From assembly GCF_006345805.1 (NCBI RefSeq), contig NW_021834856.1:1-45136 (forward strand): 45,136 bases of DNA, written 5' to 3'. Position 1 is the stretch's first letter, and every line of letters begins with the position of its first letter. The notes under the pieces are model-generated. The model searched no databases, was not told where the DNA came from, and saw only the letters and a list, made by a program, of their open reading frames with translations. This document shows positions 10,083 through 21,869 of the stretch, piece by piece. A program made the position numbers and the translations under genes. The stretch is from Octopus sinensis. Taxonomy: Eukaryota.

Positions 10083-11949
10083 TCTGTTGAGTTGACATTC
10101 AGCAAACTCTGTTTCTCCTATTCATTTTCTTTATTGAGCAATAAAATGATGATGATAATCTTAGAAGTGATTATTGAAGTTTGATGGGTATGAAGAAGCT
10201 AAGTATAAATTTCAGATCATCAGAACTTTATAATATATGCATGGATCTGCCAAAATTATGGTCTGTATTACTAGTACTACTACTAAAGATATTAAGATTC
10301 AATTAAGTGGCTATTAAATTTCTATTAAATCTCTAAGTGGCTATTAAAAAGTTCGATTAAGTGGATTTTAAATTTATCTTTAGACAGTATTATTTCATCT
10401 AGGTTATTCAAACTATAGAAATAATACAAAACATACTAAGCTCTTCACTACCCAGTCAATTTCTGTATACCAGTTGATTCTGGTAACAGTCAAAGCAGAA
10501 TTGGACACGATGAATTTGGTCAGAGTATAATAGTTTCTCTGTGCTTAATGTTGGTAGCGTGCTCCCCAGCATTGTGTTTGGGGCAAGTGAAACTATTTGT
10601 GTAGTAGCTATTTCAGTGTGAACGTATTTCTTATGCTTGTCTGGGTTAAGTGAAAGATAGGTAGTGCTTTTAGGATATTGTAGCAATAGTGCTGTTGTGC
10701 TGTATGTGACTAGATGTTTGAGGTATGAAAGGGACTCAACAGTTGAAATTTTCTATGGCAATAAACTGCACCTCTAACATGTCTTGATGGTCTTTAATTT
10801 TTAGTATTTTTGATACTTTGTGTAGGTGATCTGTGAGTAGGGTTTGTGTATGTATATGATGCATAATAAACTGTTTTGTTGCCATTGTTGTTGTTCTTTT
10901 TTGTCAACCAAATGTTCCTGTGATCCCTGAGAGTATGTTTATGCATTGATTTGGTTTCTTCATTATATCTTTTATTTGCTAGGTCTGGAGGAAGGGGTAG
11001 TCCCTGTAGACAGTGGTGAAATTGATGTTGTTAACATTGACATCATCACTGGGATGAGCTGACTAAGATTCACATGACTGATCCTTCATCTTACATGGTA
11101 TGTAACTGTCCCTTTCTTTTATATCCTGACACAGGTTGGTATCAATAGGTTACATAGCGGAGGTTTAATCAATGTGTTCACACAATGTACTTCATGAGAC
11201 TACCAAAACGCTCTCTTCACTACTACTGAGCTCTACTCTTTATAAGTGTTCGGCTAGTTCATTCTCCAATCCGCTAGAGGTGTCAATGACTCTCACCACA
11301 ACACTTTCAATGATATCCATGTCTTTCCAAGGATTCTAACCATTTTCAAGTGCTCAAAGTAAGGCATTACTAATCAGCCTTATTCACACTTCTCCAACAG
11401 TATCCAGCAAAATGAACTTTATTTTTCTAATAGTCTCTGACACTTTTAGAAGCTTGTTGAACAATCTTTATTTGGCAGAGGTGTTCTTTTTAGAACACAT
11501 TCCAAAAAGTATGAAGCATACATTTAGAGGTATGAGGAATTTTGGCACAACAGTATCGGCTTTGCCTACTTGATGTCATTGATTCAATGCTGAACTTAAT
11601 AAAACTTGACATCAGATGTTTTGTCTCCAGGACCTTTTAGTACTGGGAAATTTTTTCCACAACTACAAAACTGCTAAACTTTATTTAGCTATCTGCTTCA
11701 CTGCATATGATGATTGGTGAAATATTAACAAAATGTAGAAAAAAGGATTTTCTCACAATGGATAGCTGTACATATTTCACAAGTAAGCAGAATACTCAAT
11801 GAATTTTAATTTTGGTGCTGTGAGCAGGAAAATCAATGTAAAGCAAGGCTATATATATGAAAGTAGTAAGAACATTAAGTTTCCATTTTCATAAAGATTC
11901 ACCAGCACAAGTTACATATTTTTGTGCTGAAGCCACACACACACGAAGA

Positions 11950-12118
11950 CAAAAAAAAACATCCAGCACACTCTGTAAAGTAGTTAGCATTAGTATCCAT
12001 CCATAGAAACCTTGCTAAAGTAGACAGTAGAGCTTGGCAGTCTTCTAGCATGCCTGTCAAACTGTCTAATCCATGCTCACATGGAAAGGGGATATCAAAT
12101 GAGGATGATGATGATAAA
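11950..12118 (+). mobile_element. Highly decayed RTE tail fragment
   Basis: GTTAGCATTAG...GTCAAACTGTCTAATCCATGCTCACATGGAAAGG...GATGATGATG. Confidence 0.5.
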
Positions 12119-12269
12119 ACAGAAAGCAGCAGAGACTCTTGAGTCCCCAACTATAGTTACAAAATGAATGTTTGCCAAACAGGATCTCATACTATTTCTG
12201 ATATCTACTGATATCATGTAAATATAGTTCTATAGTTTCATCTTACTTGTTCATATATAAGATAACCTT

Positions 12270-15200
12270 AGCTCACGCATTTCCTAAATCCGCGCACTGT
12301 CAATGTTGGTACATTGAAAGGTAGGTCTAGTGAGATTGTAGAGATGCTTGAGAGAAGACGGGTTGATGTATGGAGAGGTGCTTCAGCTAGGGTCCTCACA
12401 GGCAAGGCACATATGTATAAGGTCTTCTGGCAAGGTAACATGGATGGTGTAGGGGGTGTAGGCATTCTCCTTGCGGAGAAATGGGTGGATAAGGTCATAG
12501 AGGTTGTCAGGGTTTGCGATAGAGTGCTTAAGCTCAGGTTAGTCCTACAGAGTGGCACAGCTACGATTATCTCCGCCTATGCCCCACAAGCGGGACTACC
12601 AAATGATCAGAAGGACCAATTTTATGATACTCTTCTACAGGCTACCTCAAAGACTAGTGGCAAGGACCTCATCTTTGTGGGTGGAGACTTTAATGGGCAT
12701 GTCGGGCGGAAATCCGGTATCTTCACTGGGGTACACGGTGGCCATGGTATTGGCACCAGAAATGATGAGGGAACTAGATTACTGGAATTCTGTGATGCAT
12801 GTAACCTTTTAATCTGCAACACTAACTTCAGGAAGCCTGACTGCCACCTTATAACCTATCAGTCAGGAGACTCCGCTAGCCAAATAGACTTCATCCTCAC
12901 CAGACAGCGGGATGCAGGGTCACTCTTAAATACAGAGACCCTCCCGGGTGAAGAATGTATCCCTCAGCATAGGCTAATCATCAGTGACTTTAAGCTTGAG
13001 GCCAGAAGGACTCCAAGAAACCAACCAATCCAGAAAAAAGAAGGATTTGGAAGCTAAAGAACCCTTCACATGGTCAGAGATTTAGGGACATCCTCATCAA
13101 GAAATTTGATGAGAGGGAGGAGGAGCTTCAGACGTCGGACATAGAAGGTAGCTAGGAATTCCTACGGGACAGCTTGCTGAGTGCCACAGACCAAGTCTGT
13201 GGATGGTGCAAAGTCCCTTCCAGACCTAGAGTTACGTGGTGGTGGAATAGTGCAGTAGATAAAGCCATTAGTGCAAAGAGACAGGCCTGGAAAGCCTGGA
13301 GGAATGGGGGCAGCAGGGAACTGTACCAGGTAGCCAAAAGGGAGGCTGGGTGGCAGGTATACATAGCCAAAGATGTAGCAGAAAAGAAGAAGTTTGCCAA
13401 TGTCCTGCAACGTGAGGACCAAAGAGCTGAGGTATTTCGGATTGCCAGACAGTGTGTGAGAGAAAATAGTGATGTTACAGGAGAGAAATGTGTCCGCATG
13501 GATGATGGGGCACTTGCTTTTAATGTTGGTGAAAAGAAAGAGGCTTGGAGAAGCCATTATGAAAGACTGCTGAATGAGGAGAATGAATGGGAGGAGGAGA
13601 GCCTGCCAAATGTTGACCCAGTAGAGGGACCAGCTATCCGAATAGACAGCTCCCTTGTAGTTAAGGCAATTAAGGATATGAAAACAGGTAAAGCCCCCCC
13701 CCCCCCCGGCCCATCTGGAATCACTGCTGGGATGCTTAAAACAGCTGGCTATGTGGGCTATGGCCTAGTCACCCGCATTGTAAACCAGGTAGTTCACAAT
13801 GGAGTCATACCCAATGACTGGCGTAGCAGCACCATAGTCAACTGCTATAAGGGTAAGGGTGATGCTCTAGATAGAAATAACTACAGGGGTATTAAACTGT
13901 TGGATCAGGTGATGAAGGTCATAGAGAGGGTCATAACCCATCTCATTAGGGAGAGAATTTGCTTAGATGAGATGCAGTTCGGTTTTGTGCCAGGTACAAG
14001 CACCACTGATGCTATATTCCTGGTCCGACAACTGAAGGAGAAGTACCTAGCTAAAGATAAACCCCTCTACATAGCTTTTGTGGACTTGGAGAAAGCCTTT
14101 GACAGGGTTCCCCGATCCCTTATCTGGTGGTCGATGCGGAAACTGGAAATTGATGAATGGCTAATAAGGGCTGTACAGGCTCTATACAGAGAGGCTGTCA
14201 GCAAGGTTAGGATTGGCAACGAATATAGTGAAGAATTCCGGGTAGAAGTAGGTGTACACCAAGGCTCAGCCCTCGGTCCCCTTTTATTCATCATAGTCCT
14301 CCAGGCAATAACAGAGGAATTCAAAACAGGATGCCCCTGGGAGCTCCTCTATGCTGATGGCCTGGCTCTCATAGCAGAATCACTGCCGGAACTAGAAAAG
14401 AAATTTCAGGTGTGGAAGCAAGGGTTAGAATCAATGGGCCTTAGAGTAAATGTAGCAAAGACCAAAGTTATAGTAAGCAGAAAGGCGAACTCAGCACACA
14501 CACCCTCGGGCAGGTGGCCCTGCTCGATCTGTAGGAAAGGTGTAGGTAGAAACTCCATAAGATGCACCCAATGTAAGCTATGGACGCATAAGAGGTGCAG
14601 CAACATCAAAGGGAAATTAACTGATAAGATAGCTTTCATGTGTGGCAGATGCACAGGGACAATAGACACCACAGACACTCAGAAAACAGATTCCATCACA
14701 CTCCAGGGGGAGAAACTAGAAGTAATTGATAGTTTCCGCTACCTGGGTGACCAAGTTAGTAGTGGAGGTGGATGCTCAGAGAGTATCACTACTAGAATAC
14801 GAATAGCCTGGGCAAAGTTCAGAAAGCTCCTACCCCTACTGGTGACAAAGGGTCTCTCGCTCAGAGTGAAAGGTAGATTGTATGATGCATGTGTGCGAAC
14901 TGCCATGCTTCACGGTAGTGAAACATGGGCTGTGACTGCAGAGGACATGCGTAGACTTGAAAGAAATGAAGCTAGCATGATCCGCTGGATGTGTAATGTC
15001 AGTGTGCACGCACGACACAGTGTAAGCACCCTGAGAGAAATGCTGGACATAAGAAGCATCAGATGTGGTGTGCAAGAGCGACGCTTGCGATGGTATGGTC
15101 ATGTACTGCGGATGGATGAGGAGAGATGTGTGAAGAAGTGCCACTCCCAAACAGTTGAAGGTATCAGGGGGAGAGATAGACCCAGGAAGACATGGGATGA

Positions 15201-15321
15201 GGTAGTCAAGCATGACCTCAGAGCGTTGGGCCTCACTGAGGCAATGGCGAAGGACCGAGATCTCTGGAGATATGCTGTGACTGCAAAGACCCGGGCTGCT
15301 TCCTGCACCAGTTCTGCATAG
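12270..15321 (+). pseudogene. Disrupted RTE APE-RT ORF containing an internal PHD finger (14521-14652)
   Basis: 21-nt deletion removing the CCIQE motif at 12370/12371; frameshift near 13035; TAG at 13150-13152; YADD changed to YADG; C4HC3 motif CSIC..CTQC..HKRC..CGRC. Confidence 0.9.
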
Positions 15322-15449
15322 CCCCCTGCCCATTCAAAGTACCCTGGATCCCGGAACGTCTCGCTGTGCTTGAGGAGACCTGTTGAGTCATGAACATGAA
15401 CATCGAAATAAATATAAATATCAATGGAAATAGTAGTTGTGATACCTGT

Positions 15450-16000
15450 GCTGGTGGCACATAAAAAGCACCATCCGGACGTGGCAGTTGCCAGTGGCAC
15501 TTCGACTGGCTTCTGTGCCGGTGGCACATAAAAAGCACCATCCGAACGTGGTCGATGCCAGCGTGCCCCGACTGGCTTCTGTGCCGGTGGCACATAAAAA
15601 GCACCATCCGAACGTGGCCGATGCCAGCACCACCCCGACTGGCTCCTGTTCCGGTGGCACATAAAAAGCACCATCCAAACGTGGCCAATGCCAGCGCCGC
15701 CCCGACTGGCTTCTGTGCCGGTGGCACATAAAAAGCACCATCCGAACGCGGCTGATGCCAGCGCCGCCCCGACTGGCTTCTGTGCCGGTGGCACATAAAA
15801 AGCACCATCCGAACGTGGCCGATGCCAGCGCAGCCCCGACTGTCTTCTGTGCCGGTGGCACAAAAAAAAGCACCATCCGAACGTGGCCGTTGCCAGCGCC
15901 GCCTTAGCTGGCTTCCGTGCCGGTGGCATGTTAAAAGCTCCAACCGATTGTGACAGATGCCGGACCCCCCTGGCACCTGTGCAGGTGGCACGTAAAAAGC
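15450..16000 (+). repeat. ~66-bp minisatellite, about 9 units, in the RTE 3' UTR
   Basis: Unit GTGCCGGTGGCACATAAAAAGCACCATCCGAACGTGGCCGATGCCAGCGCCGCCCCGACTGGCTTCT, repeated with few changes and more diverged toward the 3' end. Confidence 0.95.
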
Positions 16001-16459
16001 ACCCACTACACTCGCGGAGTGGTTGGCGTTAGGAAGGGCATCCAGCTGTAGAAACTCTGCCAGATCAGACTGGAGCCTGGTGCAGCCCCTGGCTTTCCAA
16101 ACCCCGGTCGAACCGTCCAACCCGTGCTAGCGCGGAAAACGGACGTTAAACGATGATGATGATGATTCTTTCACTCATCTATGAAAGTTTATCACACAGT
16201 CATTCATCTCTAATTTTGTCGTAAACTGGCTCTCAGATATCAACATCTGCTGTCTCGTTAATTAACTATCCCACTCAATCCTGAAATCATTCCTCCCTTG
16301 TGCCGTGACCCCCACCTCTCTGGCTCACTATGTGTTTATCTATCTATCTCTCTCTCTCAGCCTTCACTCTGTCTGTCTCTCTTAATACCTAGCGCTTGCC
16401 CATATTTGCTAGTTAGGGGTACGCCCACCTTCCACCTGTAACGAAAGTCCTTATTTTGT

Positions 16460-19400
16460 CATCCTTTGGTTGTCTCTCATAAACACTTCTATAGGCCTTA
16501 CGCCATCCCCACCCCTACTATATAAGGAAGTGATCATACAGTGCAAAATATGATAGTGTAGTGTACGCAGGTTGAACTTAAGACTATTGTTTGTTTATGA
16601 ATTCTGCCAAATGCGAGCTCTCTTTTCAGGCCACTGTCCCCCGTCGCAGGGTCTCACAGGTCCATACCTCCCACACCCTCAGGGTTGACACTCTCAACGT
16701 TGGCACACTGAAATGTAGGTCTGGTGAGATTGTTGAGATGCTTGAACGGAGATGTGTCGATATGTGATGCATCCAAGAAGGTGGAGAGGAGGTTCTGATA
16801 GGTTCGTCACAAGCAAAGAACACAGGTACAAGATTTTCTGGGCAGGGAACACTGACGGGGTTGCGGGTGCGGATATACTTCCTGCGGAGAAATGGGTAGA
16901 TAAGGTAATTGAGATAGTCAGAGTATGCGACAGAATACTTAAGATTAAATTAGTGGTCCATCATGGGTTATCAACCTGATGGACAGAAAGACCGATTCTA
17001 TGACACCCTCTTGCAGACTACCTCGTTGACGAATGACAGGGATCTTCTCTTTGTGGCTGGTGACTTCAAAGGACATGTTGGACAACTTGTCGGGGGCTTC
17101 CATGGCATACATGGAGGCTATGGTTTTGGCTCTCGCAATGAGGAGGGAACCAGACTGCTGGAGTTCTGTGATGCAAATGATCTTATGGTTTGCAATACTA
17201 ACTTCAGAAAACTTGCCAGTCACCTACCGCTCTAGGAGACACACTGGTCAAATTGACTACATCCTCATCAAAAAAAGGGAAAGATGGCTGCTTATAAATA
17301 CCAAAACCTTCCCAGGCGAAGAATGTACCCCACAACATAGACTGGTAGTTAGTAACTTCAGGGTCAGGGCTAAATGGATGCCCAGAAGATGACCAGCAAG
17401 GAGAAGAAGGGTCTGGAGACTTAAAGATCCTGCAAATGGACAGAGATTTAGAGACATATTACTCAAAGCCTTTGACGAAATAGAAGGGGATATAGCTTCA
17501 CATGGTGTAGAAGACAACTGGAGCTTTCTACAGGACAACCTGCTAAGGGCCACTGACCAGATCTATGGATGGTGCAAAGTCCCCTCTTGACCCAAAATAA
17601 CGTGGTGGTGGAACAAGGTTGTTGACAGGGCTATTAGAGAAAAGAAACAGGCTTGGAAGGACTGGAAGAATGGTGGTAGCAGGGAATTGTATCAGACTGT
17701 CAGAAGAGAAGATAGGAGGCAAGTTTATTTAGCCAGAGGGGAAGCTGATAAGAAAAAATTTGCCAATGTTCTGGGTTGTGAGGACCAAAGACTTGAGGTA
17801 TTTCGTGTTGTGAGAGAGAATCGTGATGTTGTAGGAGAGAAATGTGTTCACATGGATGATGGTTCACTTGCACTAAATGAGGATGCAAAGAGAGAGGTTT
17901 GGAGACGCCACTATGAAAGGTTGCTCAATAAAGAAAATGAATGGGAGAAAGAGAGTCTGCCGAATGTTGACCCAACAGAGGGACCAGCTATCCGAGTTGA
18001 GAGTACCTTGGTAGATAAAGCAATTAAGAGTATGAAGACAGGGAAAGCCCCCAGCTCATCAGGAATTACTGCAGAGAAGCTCAAAATATCTGGCAGTGTC
18101 GGCTATAGCCTAGTTACCCATATAGTTAACCAGGTGATACACGAAAGAATCATACCCAATGACTGGTGTAGCAGCACTATAGTCAACTGCTACAAAGGTA
18201 AAGGTGACACTTTAGATACAATTAATTACAGCGGTATCAAGTTGTTGGATCAGGTAATGAAGGTTACGGAGAGGGTCATAGCCCAACTAATTAGGGAGAG
18301 AGTCAGTTTAGATGAGATGCAGTTTGGGTTCGTGCCAGGGAAAAGCACCACTGATGCTATATTTCTGGTAAGACAAGCTGCAGGAGAAATACTTAGCCAA
18401 AGATAAACCTCAGTACCTGGCTTTCGCTGACATGGAGAAAGCCTTTGACAGAGTCCTCCGATCCCTTATCTGGTGGTCAATGAGGAAACTAGGGATAGAT
18501 GAATGGTTAGTGAGAGCTGCACAAGCCATGTACAGGGACACAGTCAGTAAGGTGAGTGTTGGCAACGAGTACAGTGAAGAATTCTGGGTAGAGATAGGGG
18601 TCCACCAAGGTTCAGTCCTCAGCCCCCTCCAATTTATCATAGTCCTCCAGGCAATAACAGAGGAATTCAAGACAGGATGCCCCTGCTGATGACCTTGCTC
18701 TAATTGCTGAGTCACTATCAGAACTAGAGGAGATGTTTCAGGTGTGGAAACAAGGATTAGAATCAAAGGGCCTTAGAATCAACCTAGCTAAAACCAAAGT
18801 CCTAATAAGTAGGAAGGCAGGTAAATGACAAATCCTTTCAGGTAGATGGCCCTGCTCGATCTGTAGTAGAGGCGTAGGTAGAAACTCTATAAGATGCACC
18901 AAGTGTAAGCTATGGACACATAAGAGGTGAAGTAATATCAAAGGAAGGTTAACTGGGAAGATAGTTTTTGTATGTGGCAGATGCTCAGGAGCAATAAACA
19001 CTGAAAATAAGCAGAGAACAACTTCCGCCACATTCCAGGGAGAAAAACTAGAAGTAGTTGATAGCTTCCGTTACTTACGTGACCGAGTTAGTAGCGGGGG
19101 AGGGTGCACTGAAAGTGTAGCTGCTAGAATAAGAATAGCTTGGGCAAAGTTCAGAGAGCTCTTACCTCTGCTGGTGACAAAGGGCCTATCGCTCAGAGTA
19201 AAAGGTAGACTGTATGACGCATGTGTATGAACAGCCATGCTACATGGTAGTGAAACATGGGCTGTGACTGCTGAGGACATGCATAAGCTCGCAAGGAATG
19301 AAGCCAGTATGATCCGATGAATGTGTAATGTCAGTGTGCATACGCAACAGTGTAAGTACCTTGAGAGAAAAGTTGGACCTAAGAAGCATGTGATGTGGTG

Positions 19401-19925
19401 TGCAAGAGAGATGACTGTGCTGGTATAGTCATGTGGTGAGAATGGATGAGGATAGCTGTGTGAAAAAGTGCCACATCCTAGCAATTGAGGGAACCTGTGG
19501 AAGAGGTAGACCCAGGAAGACCTGGGATGAAATGGTGAAGCACGACCTTCGAACTTTAGGCCTCACCAAGGAAATGACTAGTAACCGAGACTTTGGAAGT
19601 ATGTTGTACTTGAGAAGACCTGGCAAGCCAAATGAGACCATAACCTCATGGCCTAAGCCAGGGGTGTAACCAGCCCACTTATGCATACCTTTTCCTGCTT
19701 TGGACACTAAACTCTGCTTGTGAAGACCTGTTGAGGCAAGTGAAATCAAAATCAAATTTGATGACAGGCATCCGTGCTAGCGGGGTGCAAAGAGCACCAT
19801 ATGAGTGTGATTGTTAACAGAGCAGCTAACCGGCTTCTGTGCCAGTGGCACGTAAAAGGCACCATTCGAGCATGATCGTTACCAGCATCGCCTTACTGGC
19901 ACTTGTGCCCATGCTAGTAGGGTGC
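16460..19925 (+). mobile_element. RTE-clade LINE, copy B (related subfamily; many stops and frameshifts; 3' tail missing)
   Basis: In-frame ATG at 16597 (MNSAKCELSFQ..LNVGTLK); APE and RT fragments in ORFs 16752-18689; PHD remnant ~18853-18985; 3' UTR to ~19925. Confidence 0.92.
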
Positions 19926-20361
19926 TCAAATAAATGTTCATCACCTACACATTCTCTTCAACATACAAAGGGAACCTATGCAACCTATAGTTGTTTATAA
20001 ATGACAATCTTGTTGTCTGAACTCTGCTCAACAAATACACATATGCACGTGACATCTGCTACATAGAGAAAAAAATGACAAAATCACACGATACTTTTAA
20101 TTTCTCAGATATACCTGTATGAGCTGACAACACAAACAAAAGAAAAAGTAGCCAGAGGATTGGTGAGGAAGACAATGATAATTAAATTTGGGTAAAATAA
20201 AAGCTAACTGCTTGTAGAAAAAAGATTTATGAAAACAGATTTGACTTAACAGGTATAAACTAACTATTCAAAAATAAATAAATAATTTGATTTGGAAAAG
20301 TGAAAGTAATCAGTACACTAAAAATAAAATTTTAAGACAATTTATTGAAGTAAAAACAAAC

Positions 20362-20448
20362 CTTCTTCTTCATTTAAGTCAGGTTTCAATTCCACTAGTT
20401 CCATTGCATTCTCTACACACCATTTTAAAACTGTCATTCGAGGGACAG
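20362..20448 (-). CDS. AAGAB: AAGAB internal exon (87 nt; equivalent to vertebrate exon 4), AVPRMTVLKWCVENAMELVELKPDLNEEE
   Basis: Minus strand ATTATTTTCAG|CTGTCC ... GAAGAAG|GTTTGT; lies inside ORF 20342..20584; WC...ELVEL motif of AAGAB; phase 1-1. Confidence 0.88.
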
Positions 20449-20607
20449 CTGAAAATAATAATAATAATTTCTTTATTGGCCACAAAGGGTTTACATTACG
20501 AAAGACATTATGGACAGTACAGGACAAAACAAAGGTGTGTGTATGTGTTGTTGTGAGGATTTTGCATGTAAACAAGTTTAACAATAGAAAAAAAATTTAA
20601 CAATGTA

Positions 20608-21848
20608 TGAGGGAAGAATCAAAAATTATATGCACTCTTGTTTTTTCAATGTATTTACACAAAAGCAGTGGATAAACAAATACACAATTTTTCTATATAG
20701 TTTCTTTCCTTTTTGATGCACTTGGTCCAGCAGTCCACAAGCTTGTGTATTCCTTCCTAGAGGGTTTTCGGTTGGTTGTGCAACCATTTATGCACTGCTT
20801 CCTTCACATTTTCATCCATAGGAAATTGACGACCTCATAAACCATCTTTGAATGATCCAATGATAGTTGGAAGGAGCGAGATCCAAGGCATAGGAAGGAT
20901 GTTCCAACCCCTCAAAACCCAACTAGTTAATGTCCTCAGCCGTGTATGGGCATGCATAATCATGCAACAACAAAACTTTCTTTAACAATAGGTTTGGGCA
21001 TTTGGTGCGAATTGCTAGTTTCAGTTTGTTGGCCAGCAAAGCACTGTATTTTGCACTGTTGATTGTACACCTCTTTTCCAGGTAATCTTCCAGTATAGGC
21101 CCTTTTGAGTCCCCCAAAAAGATTAGCATCACCTTTCCTGTAGAAGACTGAGTCTTGAATTTCTTTGTCGCTGGTGAGCCAAGATGTTTTCACTCCATAC
21201 TCTATCTTTTGGATTCTGCCTCATAATGATGGACCCACATTTCATCTCCTGTAACTATTCTGCTAAAAATTTCCTTGCCCTCATTGTTGTAGCGGTCGAG
21301 TAAATGTTGGCAGACCTCAAGACATTTGCACTTGTGCTCTGCAGTAATCTCTGTTGGCACCCATCTTGTACAGACTTTATGGAAGCCGAGCTCATCGTGG
21401 ATGATTTGATAGACAGAACCATGACTAATCTGCAGAGAATGAGCTAACTCATTAACGATAATTTTCCGGTTCGCCATTGAGCTTGCTGAACCTTTTTGTT
21501 AGTGGTAGAAGTTGATGAGTGTCTGCTTCTTCTTCATGCATCATGCTCGTCCAGCCACTTTTAAACTTCTTGATCCATTTATACACACTTCTACACGGAA
21601 GCACAGTGTCCTTGTACTGTGCTAAAAGCCTCCAATGAGGCTTTTAGCACCTGATACACCTTCCGACCAGAGAAATCGAATCACTGCTATTTGTCCTAGT
21701 GGAATGGCCATACTTACACTATAAAGCCAGAAAGAAAAATGGCATGATCAGGCTCAAACCAACTATAAGCACTCATGCGCAGAAGGCAGTGTGACAATAA
21801 TAAAGATATGTTATGGCAAAAGTGCAGATAATTTTTGACTTCCCCTCA
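20608..21848 (-). mobile_element. Mariner (Tc1/mariner) transposon relic, ~1.24 kb
   Basis: Imperfect TIRs TGAGGGAAGAATCAAAAATTATATGCACT / AGTGCAGATAATTTTTGACTTCCCCTCA flanked by TA; motifs RWVPTEI (WVPHEL-like), IVTGDEMWVHHY, LLHDYACP (HDNARPH-like). Confidence 0.88.
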
Positions 21849-21869
21849 TATAATCCTCAATAGGGAGGA

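Larger units (their letters stand above)
12270..16166 (+). mobile_element. RTE-clade LINE, copy A (near full length, youngest-looking)
   Basis: APE endonuclease (ORF 12314..13057) plus RT (ORF 13174..15321: FVDLEKAFDRV, GVHQGSALGPLLF, LLYADG, FRYLG); long 3' UTR with minisatellite; (GAT)n tail ending at 16166. Confidence 0.95.

Noticed and set aside
9917-10184. Poly-Ala/Thr/Val ORFs on both strands
   Set aside because: They are products of a trinucleotide repeat, with no splice context or homology.
13694-13707. C14 run as a functional poly-proline insertion
   Set aside because: It is absent from copies B and C; homopolymer slippage or sequencing error is sufficient.
15450-16000. Regularly spaced palindromic repeats resembling a CRISPR array
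   Set aside because: The whole unit repeats with no unique spacers; there are no cas genes; it lies in a LINE 3' UTR in eukaryotic DNA.
15099-16120. Long ORFs of 276, 295 and 151 aa
   Set aside because: They are translations of the minisatellite and the antisense of the RTE; repetitive peptides with no domain.
16380-16600. HDV-like ribozyme in the RTE 5' UTR (known from other RTEs)
   Set aside because: I could not identify the nested double pseudoknot by eye; this needs a descriptor search (e.g. RNArobo or Infernal).
16610-16630. Splice-acceptor-like CTCTCTTTTCAG before the RTE endonuclease frame (also at ~3508-3520 and ~28565-28575), suggesting a spliced leader
   Set aside because: An in-frame ATG (16597, MNSAK...) is shared by copy B and the bipartite copy, so splicing is not needed to explain the ORF start.
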